Positions 7,768-18,210 of a stretch of 64,000 nt of DNA are shown here, piece after piece. The notes beneath the pieces were generated by a model that saw nothing but the letters and a program-made list of their open reading frames with translations, was not told the DNA's origin and did no database searches. Positions within the stretch are counted from its first letter, which is position 1. The number at the start of each line of letters is the position of its first letter. A program made the position numbers and the translations under genes. The DNA is from Candidatus Poseidoniaceae archaeon (GTDB taxonomy: Archaea > Thermoplasmatota > Poseidoniia > Poseidoniales > Poseidoniaceae), in the NCBI GenBank assembly GCA_965659685.1, contig CBFHXB010000009.1, positions 17,508 to 81,507 of the forward strand, written 5' to 3'.

Positions 7768-10680
7768 TCAAGGTGATGTTCCGACCGTATCCGCTTTGGT
7801 CAAGGCCAATCGCATGATCTTCCTGAATTCGTCCATGACCAAGACGGTGGACGCCACGAGGATCACCACGAACCAATCTTGTGATTCCAAGGTGGTTGTT
7901 TTCAACAGGTCACCGATCACCACGTCTCCAAAGGGGAGGCCAACGTCTGCGCCTTGGACGAAGATGAGCAACAGCCCCATCGAAATCAGTGTGGCGTAAT
8001 TGATCGCTCGGTTTGAGAACACGCCAAGATCAAACACGATGGAGCGTTCACCTGAACGACAGTTCAGCACATTGAACAACTGGTAGACGATAAACACGGA
8101 GAAGGCCATGGTGCGTGATTGCCGTAATTCTTGATCCCACGCCTCGTACAGTGGTCCCTCTCCGGCCTCCTCTTGTTCGAGGCATGACGCCACGTCAAAG
8201 TCAGCACCCATGCCCTGGCATGGCCCTGTGATCACCTCGCCGCCAGCAAGTCCGAACACGATCATCGTCCCTGTGACCATGACGACTCCAAGGAACAGAA
8301 TCAGGCTGATGTCCTGGGCGTTCGGCAACGGTTCACTCACCGGTCGTGGAGGACGGTCCATGACCTCTCCATGCCGTTTCTCCATGCCCAAGGCGACCGC
8401 AGGCGGCCCGTCCATGAGGATGTTGATCACCAGAATTTGAGTGGCCGTCAGCGGCAATTCCCACCCCAGCACCAAGGTGCTGACGAACAAGAGCAGGACC
8501 GCTGCAACGTTCGTGGAAATTTGGTAACGTACGAAGTTCCTGATGTTGGAGTAGATCTTCCGACCTTCTTCGACGGCCTGAACGATGTTGGCAAAGTTGT
8601 CGTCTTGAAGGATCATGTCTGCGGCGTCCTTGGCCACGTCAGTGCCCGCAATGCCCATCGCCACACCGATGTTTGCTTGAGCCAGTGCAGGCGCGTCGTT
8701 GACGCCGTCACCGGTCATCGCCACCACGTGACCCTTCTCTTGTAGGGCGGTGACGATCCGCATCTTGTCCATCGGCGTGACGCGTGAGTAGATGCTTGCA
8801 CCTTCAGCTCGATGCTTGAGTTCGTCGTCGTCCATGTCCCGAAGTTCACGGCCGCTGATCGACGCTCCGTCATCGCAACCGAGGTCGTGGGCGATGGCCT
8901 CCGCGGTGGCTTGTTGATCACCCGTGATCATCTTGACGTCAATCCCGGCCCGATGGCAGCGTGCGATGGCATCCGCGACCTCGGCTCGTGGCGGATCGAT
9001 GATGCCGACGGAACCGAGAAGCACCAAGTCGTGTTCAAGCGACACGTCTGGATCAAGGACTTCATCATCCCCGAGTTTTCGAGCGGCAAAGGTGATCACA
9101 CGCATGGCGCGATCTGCAAGTGTGCCAACGCGGGCTCGGTAGTCAAGGGCTTCCTGTGCATCCATCGTCGTCGTGTCGCTCCCTTGGAACCGGTGGGAAC
9201 AAAGCGGAAGCAGAGATGATGTTGCGCCCTTGACGAAGAGCCATCGCTCACCTTCGTATTCGTGGACGGTTGACATGCGCTTCCGGACGCTGTCGAACAC
9301 CTGCTCATGCAGGCGGGGATGGAGGGAAGCGAACTTCGTGACATCACCGTTGATCTTCCATCCCGCCACGGCACACGCAGCGTCCGTCGGGTCACCAATG
9401 GCCGTCCAAAGACCGTCGTCCTCTTGGACCACGGCGTTGTGCGACAACGAAAGTCCAGCAACAAGAAGGCGGAATGGTTTGTCGCGTTGCAACGCAGCCA
9501 TCGCCTCTTCATCGAGGGCATCAGACCCGCGCTTCAACGAACCTGTGGGCTTGTATCCCTCTCCGCCCACTTCAAAGCTCTCATGAAACGTTGCAAGTGC
9601 CTTGACGGTCATTTGATTCGTGGTCAGGGTACCCGTCTTGTCCGAACAGATGACCGTTGTCGAACCCAAGGTTTCGACGGCTTTCATTTGGCGGATGATG
9701 GCACGGTGCCGGGCCATGTTCCGCATGCCCAATGAGAGCGTGATGATGAGGATGATGGGGAGACCTTCAGGCACGATGGCCACAAAGATGGCAATGGCCA
9801 CGATGAATTGGTCAATGACCACGGAGAACAAGTCCCCTTGCCCGTCGATGATAGCCTTCCCAAGTTCGACGCCGACAACGACAACGGCCACGACGAGGGC
9901 AATGAAACCGAGGAATCGACCGAGGGATTCCAACTTCAATTCCAAGGGTGTTTTCGGTGGTTCAGCCTCTTGGATGTCGGTGGCGATCATGCCCAATTGC
10001 GTCTGCATGCCGATGCTGACGACCATGCCATGACCACGGCCCGTGGCCACCGTGGTGCCCATGTAGGCCATGTTGTCACGGTCCGCGAGAAGCAAGTCTT
10101 CTGCGAGTGGTTCCGCTCCCTTTTTTCGTGGAATGGATTCGCCGGTCAGGGCGGATTCATCGACGGTAAACTGCATCACGCTGGTCAGCCGAACGTCTGC
10201 AGGGACCTTCTGTCCTTCTTCGAGGCGAACGACATCACCAGGCAGGAGCATGTCGGTTGGTATCTCTATGTCCCTTCCCTCACGAACCACGACGCATTGG
10301 CTGATGGCGCTGGATTTGAGACGCTCAACGGCTTCCTCCGCCTTGCCTTCTTGCCAGTATCCGAACGCGGCGTTGCCGGTCAGCACGATGAAGATGAAGA
10401 TGGCATCACCGGGCTTATCCGGGTGGATAGCGAGGGCGATCAGCGCTGCACCGATGAGGAGGAAATTCAGTGGATCGTTGTACTGATTGAGAAACCGCAA
10501 CCATGCAGGTTCCTTGGCTTTGGACGTGAGGCGATTGAACCCATGCCGCTCGCGGAGGTCAAAGACTTGGGAGTCACCGAGGCCATCGGGACCCGATTCC
10601 AACTGTTCAGAAACGCGTTCGGTTTCCAAGGCATGCCAAGGAATACCTTCTCCCCTTTGGAGATGGTCCGTGGGACCCAT
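7768..10680 (-). CDS. cation-transporting P-type ATPase (type II, Ca2+-ATPase-like)
   Basis: 970 aa. Contains the phosphorylation motif ICSDKTGTLTTN, MITGDQ, the hinge TGDGVNDAPAL, and multiple TM helices at both ends. Confidence 0.9.
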   Translation of the reverse strand: MGPTDHLQRGEGIPWHALETERVSEQLESGPDGLGDSQVFDLRERHGFNRLTSKAKEPAWLRFLNQYNDPLNFLLIGAALIALAIHPDKPGDAIFIFIVLTGNAAFGYWQEGKAEEAVERLKSSAISQCVVVREGRDIEIPTDMLLPGDVVRLEEGQKVPADVRLTSVMQFTVDESALTGESIPRKKGAEPLAEDLLLADRDNMAYMGTTVATGRGHGMVVSIGMQTQLGMIATDIQEAEPPKTPLELKLESLGRFLGFIALVVAVVVVGVELGKAIIDGQGDLFSVVIDQFIVAIAIFVAIVPEGLPIILIITLSLGMRNMARHRAIIRQMKAVETLGSTTVICSDKTGTLTTNQMTVKALATFHESFEVGGEGYKPTGSLKRGSDALDEEAMAALQRDKPFRLLVAGLSLSHNAVVQEDDGLWTAIGDPTDAACAVAGWKINGDVTKFASLHPRLHEQVFDSVRKRMSTVHEYEGERWLFVKGATSSLLPLCSHRFQGSDTTTMDAQEALDYRARVGTLADRAMRVITFAARKLGDDEVLDPDVSLEHDLVLLGSVGIIDPPRAEVADAIARCHRAGIDVKMITGDQQATAEAIAHDLGCDDGASISGRELRDMDDDELKHRAEGASIYSRVTPMDKMRIVTALQEKGHVVAMTGDGVNDAPALAQANIGVAMGIAGTDVAKDAADMILQDDNFANIVQAVEEGRKIYSNIRNFVRYQISTNVAAVLLLFVSTLVLGWELPLTATQILVINILMDGPPAVALGMEKRHGEVMDRPPRPVSEPLPNAQDISLILFLGVVMVTGTMIVFGLAGGEVITGPCQGMGADFDVASCLEQEEAGEGPLYEAWDQELRQSRTMAFSVFIVYQLFNVLNCRSGERSIVFDLGVFSNRAINYATLISMGLLLIFVQGADVGLPFGDVVIGDLLKTTTLESQDWFVVILVASTVLVMDEFRKIMRLALTKADTVGTSP

Positions 10681-10707
10681 GTTTCCCTACGACGAAATGG
10701 TCCATCC

Positions 10708-12825
10708 ATGAAGGTGATGGTCCGAGACCACCTCCGATGCTTTGACGGTGAACGGACGATTCGGGGTGTCGTGAGCGCCACGGAGGACCCCTTCATTCCC
10801 CCCGACGTGACCATCCCTGAGTTGACCGTTCGTGCGGTCGGAGTGGGCATCGTTCTCGGCGTCCTCATGACGGCAGCAAACGCATACTTGGGGCTCTATG
10901 CAGGGATGACGGTTTCCGCCAGCATCCCCGCCGCCGTGATGTCGATGATCATCCTTCGGTTGATGTTCAACGACGTGACCATCCTCGAGAACAACAGCGT
11001 CCAAACCATGGCCAGCGCCGGAGAAAGCTTGGCCGCGGGTGTCATCTTCACTGTGCCTGCCTTCCTTGTCGTTGGCCTCTGGACCGACATCAATTGGGGC
11101 ATCACCTTGGCCATCGCCTTGTTGGGTGGGTGGCTCGGGACCATGTTCACCATCGCCCTCAGGCGCTTGTTCATCGTCGAAGAAGCCCTGCCCTACCCGG
11201 AGGGTGTTGCGTGCCGCGAAGTCTTGGTCGCCGGTGAAGAGGGCGGTGATGGGATGGTCGCGATTCTGTACGCCCTCGGCATTGGGGCCCTGTACGGTTT
11301 CGTGGTGAAGGTCACGGCCTCCGTTCACCATGCCGTTGAAGGCGCCATCAATTTCCTCGGCACCCGACTCTATGCGGGTGCTGATCTGTCCGTCGCGCTG
11401 TTCTCGGTCGGTTTCATCGTCGGCCTGCGGATTGCTTCGTTCATCTTCCTGGGTGGTGTGATCGGGTTCGGCATCCTCACGCCCGTGTACGGTCTCATCA
11501 ATGGATGGCCGGAAGGTGACCTCGCAGCGGGTTTCACCTCCATTTTCCTCAGCCAAATCCGCTACATCGGGGTCGGCGCAATGGTGGTGGGAGGTGTCCA
11601 CACCCTTTGGACGATGAGGACCACCATCATCGAAGGCCTCTCTGGGGCGTTCAAGGCAGGTGACGGCGAAGCCGAACGCTTGTTGCGCACGGAACAAGAC
11701 ATTCCCCTGCGCTATGTTGCCATGGCGGTTGGTGTCTTGGTCATCCTGACCTTCTTGTTTTACTGGCAGACGACCGGTTCATTGGTGCTCGCGCTTGCAG
11801 GGGCCCTTTTCCTCGCCTTGGTGGCGTTCTTCTTCAGCGCGGTTGCCGGGTATATTGCCGGTGTGGTTGGTTCCTCCAATTCCCCGGTGTCAGGCATGAC
11901 GATCGCCACGCTGCTGTTCACCGTGTTGTTGGTCTGGGTGGTCGGTGATCTCATCCTCAACTTGGCCACCGAGGAGCTCATCCTTGCGACCCTGCTCATC
12001 GCAGCTGTGGTCGCTTCTTCGAGCGCCATTGCAGGAGACGTGATGCAGGACCTGAAGACAGGAAACATGGTCGGTGCAACGCCGTGGAGGCAACAGACCG
12101 CAGAAGTGGTCGGTGTGACGGTCGGAGCTTTGGTCATTGGACCGGTGCTGAGTTTGCTCCACAACGCCTTCAGAATTTCCGCCACGGCTTGCCTCGCCGA
12201 CCCGCTCCCGGGCGATCCCACCTGCTCCAGGGCTTTGTTTGCTCCACAAGCAGAGTTGATCGGGGCCATCGCACAGGGTGCCTTTGGTGGTTCGATCAAC
12301 ATCCAAATGGTCATGCTTGGGGTCCTCTTTGCCCTCGCCCTCATCCGGCTGAAAATGCCGGTCATGTCGGTCGCCATTGGCCTCTATTTGCCGCTCAAGC
12401 TCTCGGTCCCTATCATGCTCGGTGGCTTGATTGCAGCCACGATGGGGGGTGTCATCGTCCGCCGCATTGACGGGGATATGGAAGGGGAGCCGTCGGTCGA
12501 AGCCAAGAATGCCGTGGACACCATGCAAGCACGTGGCGTGCTCATTGGCGCCGGATACATCGCGGGAGAATCCCTCCTCGGCGTGCTGTTGGCCGTCATG
12601 ATCGTGCTTGACGTCGACTTGTCCGCCATGCTTGGCATCACGGCGTTGGGGGACCTTGCCTCGCTCTTGTTCTTCCTGTGGTTCGTGGGCGTCTTTGTTG
12701 CGCTCGTGTCGCAAACCATGCCACGAGGAATCACACCGGGCATGGTGGTCGCTGTGATCGTCGGGTCTGTGCAGCGCACGCTTCAACGCATGATTCCAAG
12801 CGTGTTGCGCCCTGACGAGTCCTGA
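10708..12825 (+). CDS. OPT-family oligopeptide transporter
   Basis: The conserved OPT N-terminus is ELTVRAVGVGIVLGVLMTAANAYLGLYAGMTVSASIPAAVMS, and the whole protein is polytopic. The track ORF (9808-12825) extends antisense into the ATPase, so I took the first in-frame ATG after 10680. Confidence 0.8.
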   Translation: MKVMVRDHLRCFDGERTIRGVVSATEDPFIPPDVTIPELTVRAVGVGIVLGVLMTAANAYLGLYAGMTVSASIPAAVMSMIILRLMFNDVTILENNSVQTMASAGESLAAGVIFTVPAFLVVGLWTDINWGITLAIALLGGWLGTMFTIALRRLFIVEEALPYPEGVACREVLVAGEEGGDGMVAILYALGIGALYGFVVKVTASVHHAVEGAINFLGTRLYAGADLSVALFSVGFIVGLRIASFIFLGGVIGFGILTPVYGLINGWPEGDLAAGFTSIFLSQIRYIGVGAMVVGGVHTLWTMRTTIIEGLSGAFKAGDGEAERLLRTEQDIPLRYVAMAVGVLVILTFLFYWQTTGSLVLALAGALFLALVAFFFSAVAGYIAGVVGSSNSPVSGMTIATLLFTVLLVWVVGDLILNLATEELILATLLIAAVVASSSAIAGDVMQDLKTGNMVGATPWRQQTAEVVGVTVGALVIGPVLSLLHNAFRISATACLADPLPGDPTCSRALFAPQAELIGAIAQGAFGGSINIQMVMLGVLFALALIRLKMPVMSVAIGLYLPLKLSVPIMLGGLIAATMGGVIVRRIDGDMEGEPSVEAKNAVDTMQARGVLIGAGYIAGESLLGVLLAVMIVLDVDLSAMLGITALGDLASLLFFLWFVGVFVALVSQTMPRGITPGMVVAVIVGSVQRTLQRMIPSVLRPDES

Positions 12826-12872
12826 CGTGGAATGTGAAAGGATGAAAGGCCCACCTCAAGGGTTCGCCGGCG

Positions 12873-13700
12873 ATGACCGCCGACATCGATGCACTCGAAG
12901 AGCAAGCCCGACGTTGTCGAGTTGAAATCGTCAAGATGGTTCACCGTGCCCAAGCGGGTCATCCCGGTGGTTCACTGTCGGAAATCGACCTCTTGGTCGG
13001 ACTGTACGGAAGCGTCCTGAACGTGCGACCCGACGAACCGGACTGGGAAGACAGGGACCGATTCGTGCTCTCGAAGGGCCACGCGTCCCCAGGCATGTAC
13101 GCCGTGCTTGCAGAGCATGGATTCATCCAGCATGAAGACCTGAAATCGTACCGCGTCAAAGGTGGCGTCTGCCAAGGGCACGTCGACATGAAGTGGTGCC
13201 CAGGCGTCGATTTTTCAGCAGGCTCCCTCGGCATGGGCCTCTCCTTTGGCCTCGGTTGCGCCCTTGCGGCCAGGCTCGACGGTTCCGACCGAAATGCATG
13301 GGTCATGCTTGGCGACGGTGAAGTGCAAGAAGGCAGCGTCTGGGAAGCGGTCATGGCCGCAAAGCACCACAACGTTGGCAACCTGAAGGCGATCGTTGAC
13401 GTCAACCGCATCCAAAACGACGACTTCTGCATCGAGCAAATGGAGTTGCATGACTTGGAAGCGACCTGGGCATCTTTCGGTTGGGAAGTGTTCAGCGTTG
13501 ACGGCCATGACATGAGTGCGGTCGTCGGGGCCTTGATGGCTGTTGCAGCCCACTCTGAAGGTCCCGCTGTGTTGCTCGCTCAAACCGTCAAGGGCAAGGG
13601 CGTCTCCTACATGGAAGACAACCCCTCCTTCCACGGAGCTGCGCCGAACGACGAGCAATTTGCTCAAGCCATGGTCGAACTCGGGGAGGTGGCGGCATGA
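12873..13700 (+). CDS. transketolase, N-terminal (TPP-binding) subunit
   Basis: 275 aa. Contains GHPGGSLS, SKGHASP and GDGEVQEG. There is a 4-nt overlap with the next gene. Confidence 0.9.
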   Translation: MTADIDALEEQARRCRVEIVKMVHRAQAGHPGGSLSEIDLLVGLYGSVLNVRPDEPDWEDRDRFVLSKGHASPGMYAVLAEHGFIQHEDLKSYRVKGGVCQGHVDMKWCPGVDFSAGSLGMGLSFGLGCALAARLDGSDRNAWVMLGDGEVQEGSVWEAVMAAKHHNVGNLKAIVDVNRIQNDDFCIEQMELHDLEATWASFGWEVFSVDGHDMSAVVGALMAVAAHSEGPAVLLAQTVKGKGVSYMEDNPSFHGAAPNDEQFAQAMVELGEVAA

Positions 13701-14632
13701 CGCGCATGGCGGCCACACGTGACGGCTATGGTGCCGCATTGATGGAACTCGCAAGCAACGGCAAGGTCGTCGTGCTCGAGGCCGACCTTGGCAAGTCGAC
13801 CAAGTCGCAATTGTTCAGGAAAGCGCACCCGGAACGGACCATCTCGTGCGGGATCGGCGAGCAAAACATGCTCCTCACGGCAGCGGGATTGGCATCCTCT
13901 GGATACATCCCCTTCGCCAGCACCTTCGCCATTTTCACCGAACGTGCGTTTGAACAAATGCGCAACGGTGTTGCCCGACCAAACCTTGCCGTGCATCTGT
14001 GCGGTTCGCACGGTGGTACGCACACAGGGACCGACGGTTCCTCCGCACAGTCCATCGAGGACTTGGCCATCTACAGAACGCTACCCAACGTGACCGTGCT
14101 GCATCCAGCCGACGACGTGTCGACCAAACTCCTCACGAAGCAATTGGCCGCACACAACGGCCCGTCCTACACACGCACGGCGCGGAACAAAACGCCCGTG
14201 CTGTACGATGGCCGTGAGAACGAAGTGGCCATCGGCAAAGGCATCGTTCACGGCAGCGGAGAGGACGTGACCATCGTGGCGTGTGGCGTGATGGTTTCGC
14301 GCTCCATCGATGCAGCCGAGCTTCTTCGAGAAGAGGGCATCAACGCGACCGTCGTGGACATGCACACCCTGAAGCCGCTCGACACCGAATTGCTGGATCG
14401 CCTCTCGGCCAAGAGTGGATGCATGGTGACCGCCGAGGACCACTCCATCATCGGAGGCCTAGGTGGCGCCGTCGCTGAACATCTGGTTTCCAGCCAACCG
14501 GTCCCCTTGGAGCGCGTCGGTGTGAACGACAGGTTTGGGGAATCGGCCCAAGCCGAGGAAATGTTGGAGATGATGGGACTCACGGCCAGCGATGTTGCAG
14601 AAGCGGCAAAGCGCGCGATGTCCCGGAAGTGA
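13697..14632 (+). CDS. transketolase, C-terminal (pyrimidine-binding) subunit
   Basis: 311 aa. Contains [26 protein letters not shown] and a C-terminal TK domain. Translationally coupled to the N-terminal subunit. Confidence 0.9.
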   Translation: MTRMAATRDGYGAALMELASNGKVVVLEADLGKSTKSQLFRKAHPERTISCGIGEQNMLLTAAGLASSGYIPFASTFAIFTERAFEQMRNGVARPNLAVHLCGSHGGTHTGTDGSSAQSIEDLAIYRTLPNVTVLHPADDVSTKLLTKQLAAHNGPSYTRTARNKTPVLYDGRENEVAIGKGIVHGSGEDVTIVACGVMVSRSIDAAELLREEGINATVVDMHTLKPLDTELLDRLSAKSGCMVTAEDHSIIGGLGGAVAEHLVSSQPVPLERVGVNDRFGESAQAEEMLEMMGLTASDVAEAAKRAMSRK

Positions 14633-14675
14633 AAACCCCCCAAGATTCAAGGAACGTCCTCAGACGCTCGTCATC

Positions 14676-15335
14676 ATGGAATTCTTCCTGGACACGGCTG
14701 ACGTCGATGAGATTCGTGAAATCGCTGCTTGGGGCATCCTCGACGGCGTGACGACCAACCCCTCGCTCATCAAGAAGAGCGGTCGCGACTTCAGGGAAGT
14801 CGTTCGCGAAATTGCGGGCATTTGCTCTGGACCGATTTCGGCCGAAGTGACCGCGATGGACACCGCAGGCATGGTGGAGCAAGGCAGGGCCCTGAAGGCA
14901 GACCTACCTGACAACGTCATCATCAAGATTCCTTGCACGCCTGAAGGCCTTGCGGCCACTAAGATCCTGACCAAGGACGGCATCGACACCAACGTGACGC
15001 TCATCTTTTCCGCATCTCAGGCCTTGATGGCCGCGAAGGCAGGCGCCACGTACGTTTCACCCTTCATTGGACGAATTGATGACACGGGTCATGACGGCAT
15101 GGAATTGATCGCCGAGATCATGAACACCTGGGCCAACTACGACCTCGACACCAAAGTCCTGGCAGCGTCCGTGCGCCATCCAACCCACGTGCTTCAGTGC
15201 ATCCAACTTGGAGCGCACACCGCCACGATGCCCGCCAAGACCTTCCGACAACTCATGAGTCACCCGTTGACCGACCGCGGTTTGGAAGGGTTCATGCGTG
15301 ACTGGGCTGAGGTCGAGGCCCAAGGCAAGGCCTGA
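14676..15335 (+). CDS. transaldolase / fructose-6-phosphate aldolase family (short TalC/Fsa type)
   Basis: Begins [32 protein letters not shown] and contains [11 protein letters not shown] and [13 protein letters not shown] at 14676. Confidence 0.9.
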   Translation: MEFFLDTADVDEIREIAAWGILDGVTTNPSLIKKSGRDFREVVREIAGICSGPISAEVTAMDTAGMVEQGRALKADLPDNVIIKIPCTPEGLAATKILTKDGIDTNVTLIFSASQALMAAKAGATYVSPFIGRIDDTGHDGMELIAEIMNTWANYDLDTKVLAASVRHPTHVLQCIQLGAHTATMPAKTFRQLMSHPLTDRGLEGFMRDWAEVEAQGKA

Positions 15336-15388
15336 TTTTGCGAGGGAGCCTTCATCAAGGAGGCATTCGACGCCAAGCCGGTGACCGC

Positions 15389-15961
15389 ATGAGCCTACCG
15401 GATGACCAACTTCGCCGTCTCCTTGACGGGGAGATTGATGCCGGCGAACTTGCGGGTGACCGCGTCATGGCCAGCATCGCCGACCGGGTGTTTGGGGTCA
15501 AGGTAGATCCTGCGGTCCGACCCGTCAAGCCCAGGGAAGCCGACGGAATCGGTCAGAGCCCCATTGCGTCGAGCATGGGTGAACCAGACATGCTGGTTGA
15601 GATCATTCCCGGCGGCGTGACCCCACTCCCTGCCCCCCTTGAAGCACCACCGGGTGGAGTTGTTCCTCCCTTGGAAACACCTGCTGCCATCAAGCGCAGG
15701 CGCAAGGGCTTGATCCTCCTTGGAGTCCTCGGCATGGCCACCGCACTGTACAACGTGTTCATGGGTTTGGGCGAATTCATCCCCACCTGCGACCCGAGCG
15801 TGCACGTCTCCTGCGGTCAAGCCCTCAAACTGAACTGGTACGACGCATACCGCACGTCGGAGCACATCGCCTGGGGCGAGACCGGCGTGTGGGGAATCCC
15901 CGACATGGTCGCCACCGGCGCGAGTGCGTTGCTGATGCTCTTCGGTTTCAAGAAGCGTTGA
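15389..15961 (+). CDS. hypothetical membrane protein
   Basis: 190 aa from the ATG at 15389. It has a Pro-rich linker, RRRKG followed by TM helix LILLGVLGMATALYNVFMGL, and a C-terminal hydrophobic segment. Antisense to nothing conserved. Confidence 0.4.
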   Translation: MSLPDDQLRRLLDGEIDAGELAGDRVMASIADRVFGVKVDPAVRPVKPREADGIGQSPIASSMGEPDMLVEIIPGGVTPLPAPLEAPPGGVVPPLETPAAIKRRRKGLILLGVLGMATALYNVFMGLGEFIPTCDPSVHVSCGQALKLNWYDAYRTSEHIAWGETGVWGIPDMVATGASALLMLFGFKKR

Positions 15962-16000
15962 CGCCGTCATCTTGATGGCTCGGCGCGCAGGGCCTCGTCC

Positions 16001-17518
16001 ATGGGCAAGAAGGTGGCCAAGGCCAACCGAGGCATTCCGTCGAAGTCCGAAGCGTTCACTGAATGGTACCCGTTCATCGTTGAAGCGGCCGAGTTGGTCG
16101 ACAAGCGCTATCCGATCAAAGGCATGGACGTCTGGAGGCCGTACGGCTGGAAGACCATGCGCCTCATCGACGCCCTGACGCACGGGGAAATGGAGCGTAC
16201 GAACCACGAAGAGGTCAATTTTCCGCTCCTCATTCCAGAGGTGTTGTTGGAAAAAGAAAACGCGCTTGTCGCCCGCCTGAAGCGAGCCAGGGAAGAAGGG
16301 GTCGACCCTGACGAGCTCCGCGACGAAGAAGAGGAAGCCGGATTCAAGAAGGAAGTCTACTGGGTCCGACACGCCGGTGAAAATGAATTGGATGTACCGA
16401 TGTTCCTTCGTCCAACGTCCGAGACCGCGATGTACACCATGTTCCCGCTGTGGATTCGCTCCCATGCCGATCTCCCGCTCAAGGTGTACCAAACCGTGAA
16501 CACCTTCCGCTACGAAACCAAACAGACACGTTCCTTCATTCGTGTTCGAGAAATCCACTTCTTCGAAGCCCACACTGCTCACGTTGACGAGGACGACGCC
16601 ACGGCGCAAATCGAACAAGACCTCGACATCGTGGACCGCTTGATGCACAAACTCTGCTTGCCGGTTCTGAAGGCCAAGCGTCCCGTTTGGGACACCTTCC
16701 CTGGAGCATGGTACACCATCGGCATCGACGCCATCATGCCCAATGGGCGAACCTTGCAGGTTGCATCCTGCCACCACTACCGGGACCAGTGGGCCAAAGC
16801 CTTCGACATCACGTACGAAACGAAGGATGCAACGCAGGCTCACGTTCACCAGACCACTTACGGCATGTCCGAACGTCTCCTGGGCGCCGTGGTCGGCATG
16901 CACGGTGACGATTCTGGTTTGATCATGCCACCCGCCATTGCCCCCATCCAGGTGGTGATTTGCCCGCTCGTGCGAAAGAACGCGACCGTGGACACCGTCG
17001 CAGTCGCGCATGACGTCGCAGAGCGACTCCGTGATGCCGGTTTGCGGGTGAAAGTGGACGACCGAGACCTGCACCCCGGTCAGAAGTACTACGATTGGGA
17101 AATCAAGGGCGTTCCGCTCCGCCTCGAGGTCGGCCCCCGCGACGTGGAGCAAGGCAGCGTCTTTGCCGCACGTCGAACCGGTGGAAAATCCCCGATTCCG
17201 ATGGATGAACTCGAAAGCGGTGTCCGCTCGACCCTCGATGAGATCGCAGAAGAGTTGCGAACACGCGCCCATGCCCACGTCGATGAAATCGTTCAACCCC
17301 TGCCTGCCTGGACCGAAGGCGGGTTGGCCACGCCGGTCGAAGAAGGCCGGATCTACGAATTGGCGTTCGACGGCAGTGACGCTGACGCAGAACGCCTTGA
17401 GCGAGCCACTGGGCTCGGGTTCCTTGGCGACGCCACGGAGCCTTATCCCGAACCTCGCCCGTGCCATGCCACAGGTTCGCCCACCACACGCCGGGTTCTG
17501 CTGTCAAGGTCATATTGA
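16001..17518 (+). CDS. proS: prolyl-tRNA synthetase (archaeal/eukaryotic type)
   Basis: Contains FTEWYPFIV, RPTSETAMY, QTVNTFRYETKQTRSFIRVREIHFFEAHTAH and the class II motifs. Confidence 0.9.
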   Translation: MGKKVAKANRGIPSKSEAFTEWYPFIVEAAELVDKRYPIKGMDVWRPYGWKTMRLIDALTHGEMERTNHEEVNFPLLIPEVLLEKENALVARLKRAREEGVDPDELRDEEEEAGFKKEVYWVRHAGENELDVPMFLRPTSETAMYTMFPLWIRSHADLPLKVYQTVNTFRYETKQTRSFIRVREIHFFEAHTAHVDEDDATAQIEQDLDIVDRLMHKLCLPVLKAKRPVWDTFPGAWYTIGIDAIMPNGRTLQVASCHHYRDQWAKAFDITYETKDATQAHVHQTTYGMSERLLGAVVGMHGDDSGLIMPPAIAPIQVVICPLVRKNATVDTVAVAHDVAERLRDAGLRVKVDDRDLHPGQKYYDWEIKGVPLRLEVGPRDVEQGSVFAARRTGGKSPIPMDELESGVRSTLDEIAEELRTRAHAHVDEIVQPLPAWTEGGLATPVEEGRIYELAFDGSDADAERLERATGLGFLGDATEPYPEPRPCHATGSPTTRRVLLSRSY

Positions 17519-17527
17519 CGGCGCCGA

Positions 17528-18160
17528 TTGTCAGCCAAGGCTTACATGAGGACAATGCTTGCAACGCCCATGAAAGAGCTGCAAGCCTTTGCGCTGGCTT
17601 TTGTCCTCGTTTCAGGACTCGTCCTTGGAATCACCGAACCATGGGACAATGCAACACCACAAGGGAGCACCAGCGCTGACGAGGACGGAACCAGTGGAGA
17701 AACTTCAGCGCCCGAGGATGGAATGAGCGAAAGAGCCGATGCTGCTGCACAACCTTCGGAACCGGCAACAGCACCCCGATCTGAGCAGTGCTTGGACAGT
17801 CACAATTCCTTAGCCATGCACATTCACCCGAGGGTTGAATTGGTCATTGATGGCCAGAGCATCGCTGTCCCGGATGACCTTGGTATCGACACCTCAGCAT
17901 GCGTTCAAGCCATGCACCTTCTCCACACGCACGACGCAACCGGCAAACTTCACATCGAAGGGTACGAGACCTTCTCTCCGACCGCCCAACTCATTTTCGA
18001 GGTCTGGAACATCAGTTTCCCAGAAGATGACACGTTGCAGCCATTGTTCGACGAGCCGGCCAGGGTGAGTATCACGGTCAACGGTGTGGCCACCGAGGCT
18101 GCTTGGGACGACATCGAGCTCAAGGACGGTGAAACCTTGCGCATCGAGCACACACCCTGA
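17528..18160 (+). CDS. hypothetical secreted or membrane-anchored protein
   Basis: 210 aa. It has an N-terminal hydrophobic helix LQAFALAFVLVSGLVLGI, an acidic low-complexity linker, and a His-rich conserved-looking core HIHPRVELVIDG...HLLHTHDATGKLHIEG. Confidence 0.45.
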   Translation: MSAKAYMRTMLATPMKELQAFALAFVLVSGLVLGITEPWDNATPQGSTSADEDGTSGETSAPEDGMSERADAAAQPSEPATAPRSEQCLDSHNSLAMHIHPRVELVIDGQSIAVPDDLGIDTSACVQAMHLLHTHDATGKLHIEGYETFSPTAQLIFEVWNISFPEDDTLQPLFDEPARVSITVNGVATEAAWDDIELKDGETLRIEHTP

Positions 18161-18210
18161 ATCAGACATACGGCAAGGACCTGGGCTGAAACGTCAGGTG
18201 TTCGGTGGTG

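Noticed and set aside
9808-10707. N-terminal 300 codons of the 1005-aa plus-strand ORF
   Set aside because: This part is antisense to the P-type ATPase and shows no OPT-family similarity. The conserved OPT N-terminus begins just after 10708, so the gene was trimmed.
15395-17467. 690-aa ORF on the minus strand
   Set aside because: It is entirely antisense to the well-supported proS and the preceding gene. Its product is low-complexity, rich in R, G, H and V, with no motifs. This is the typical shadow ORF of GC3-biased coding DNA.
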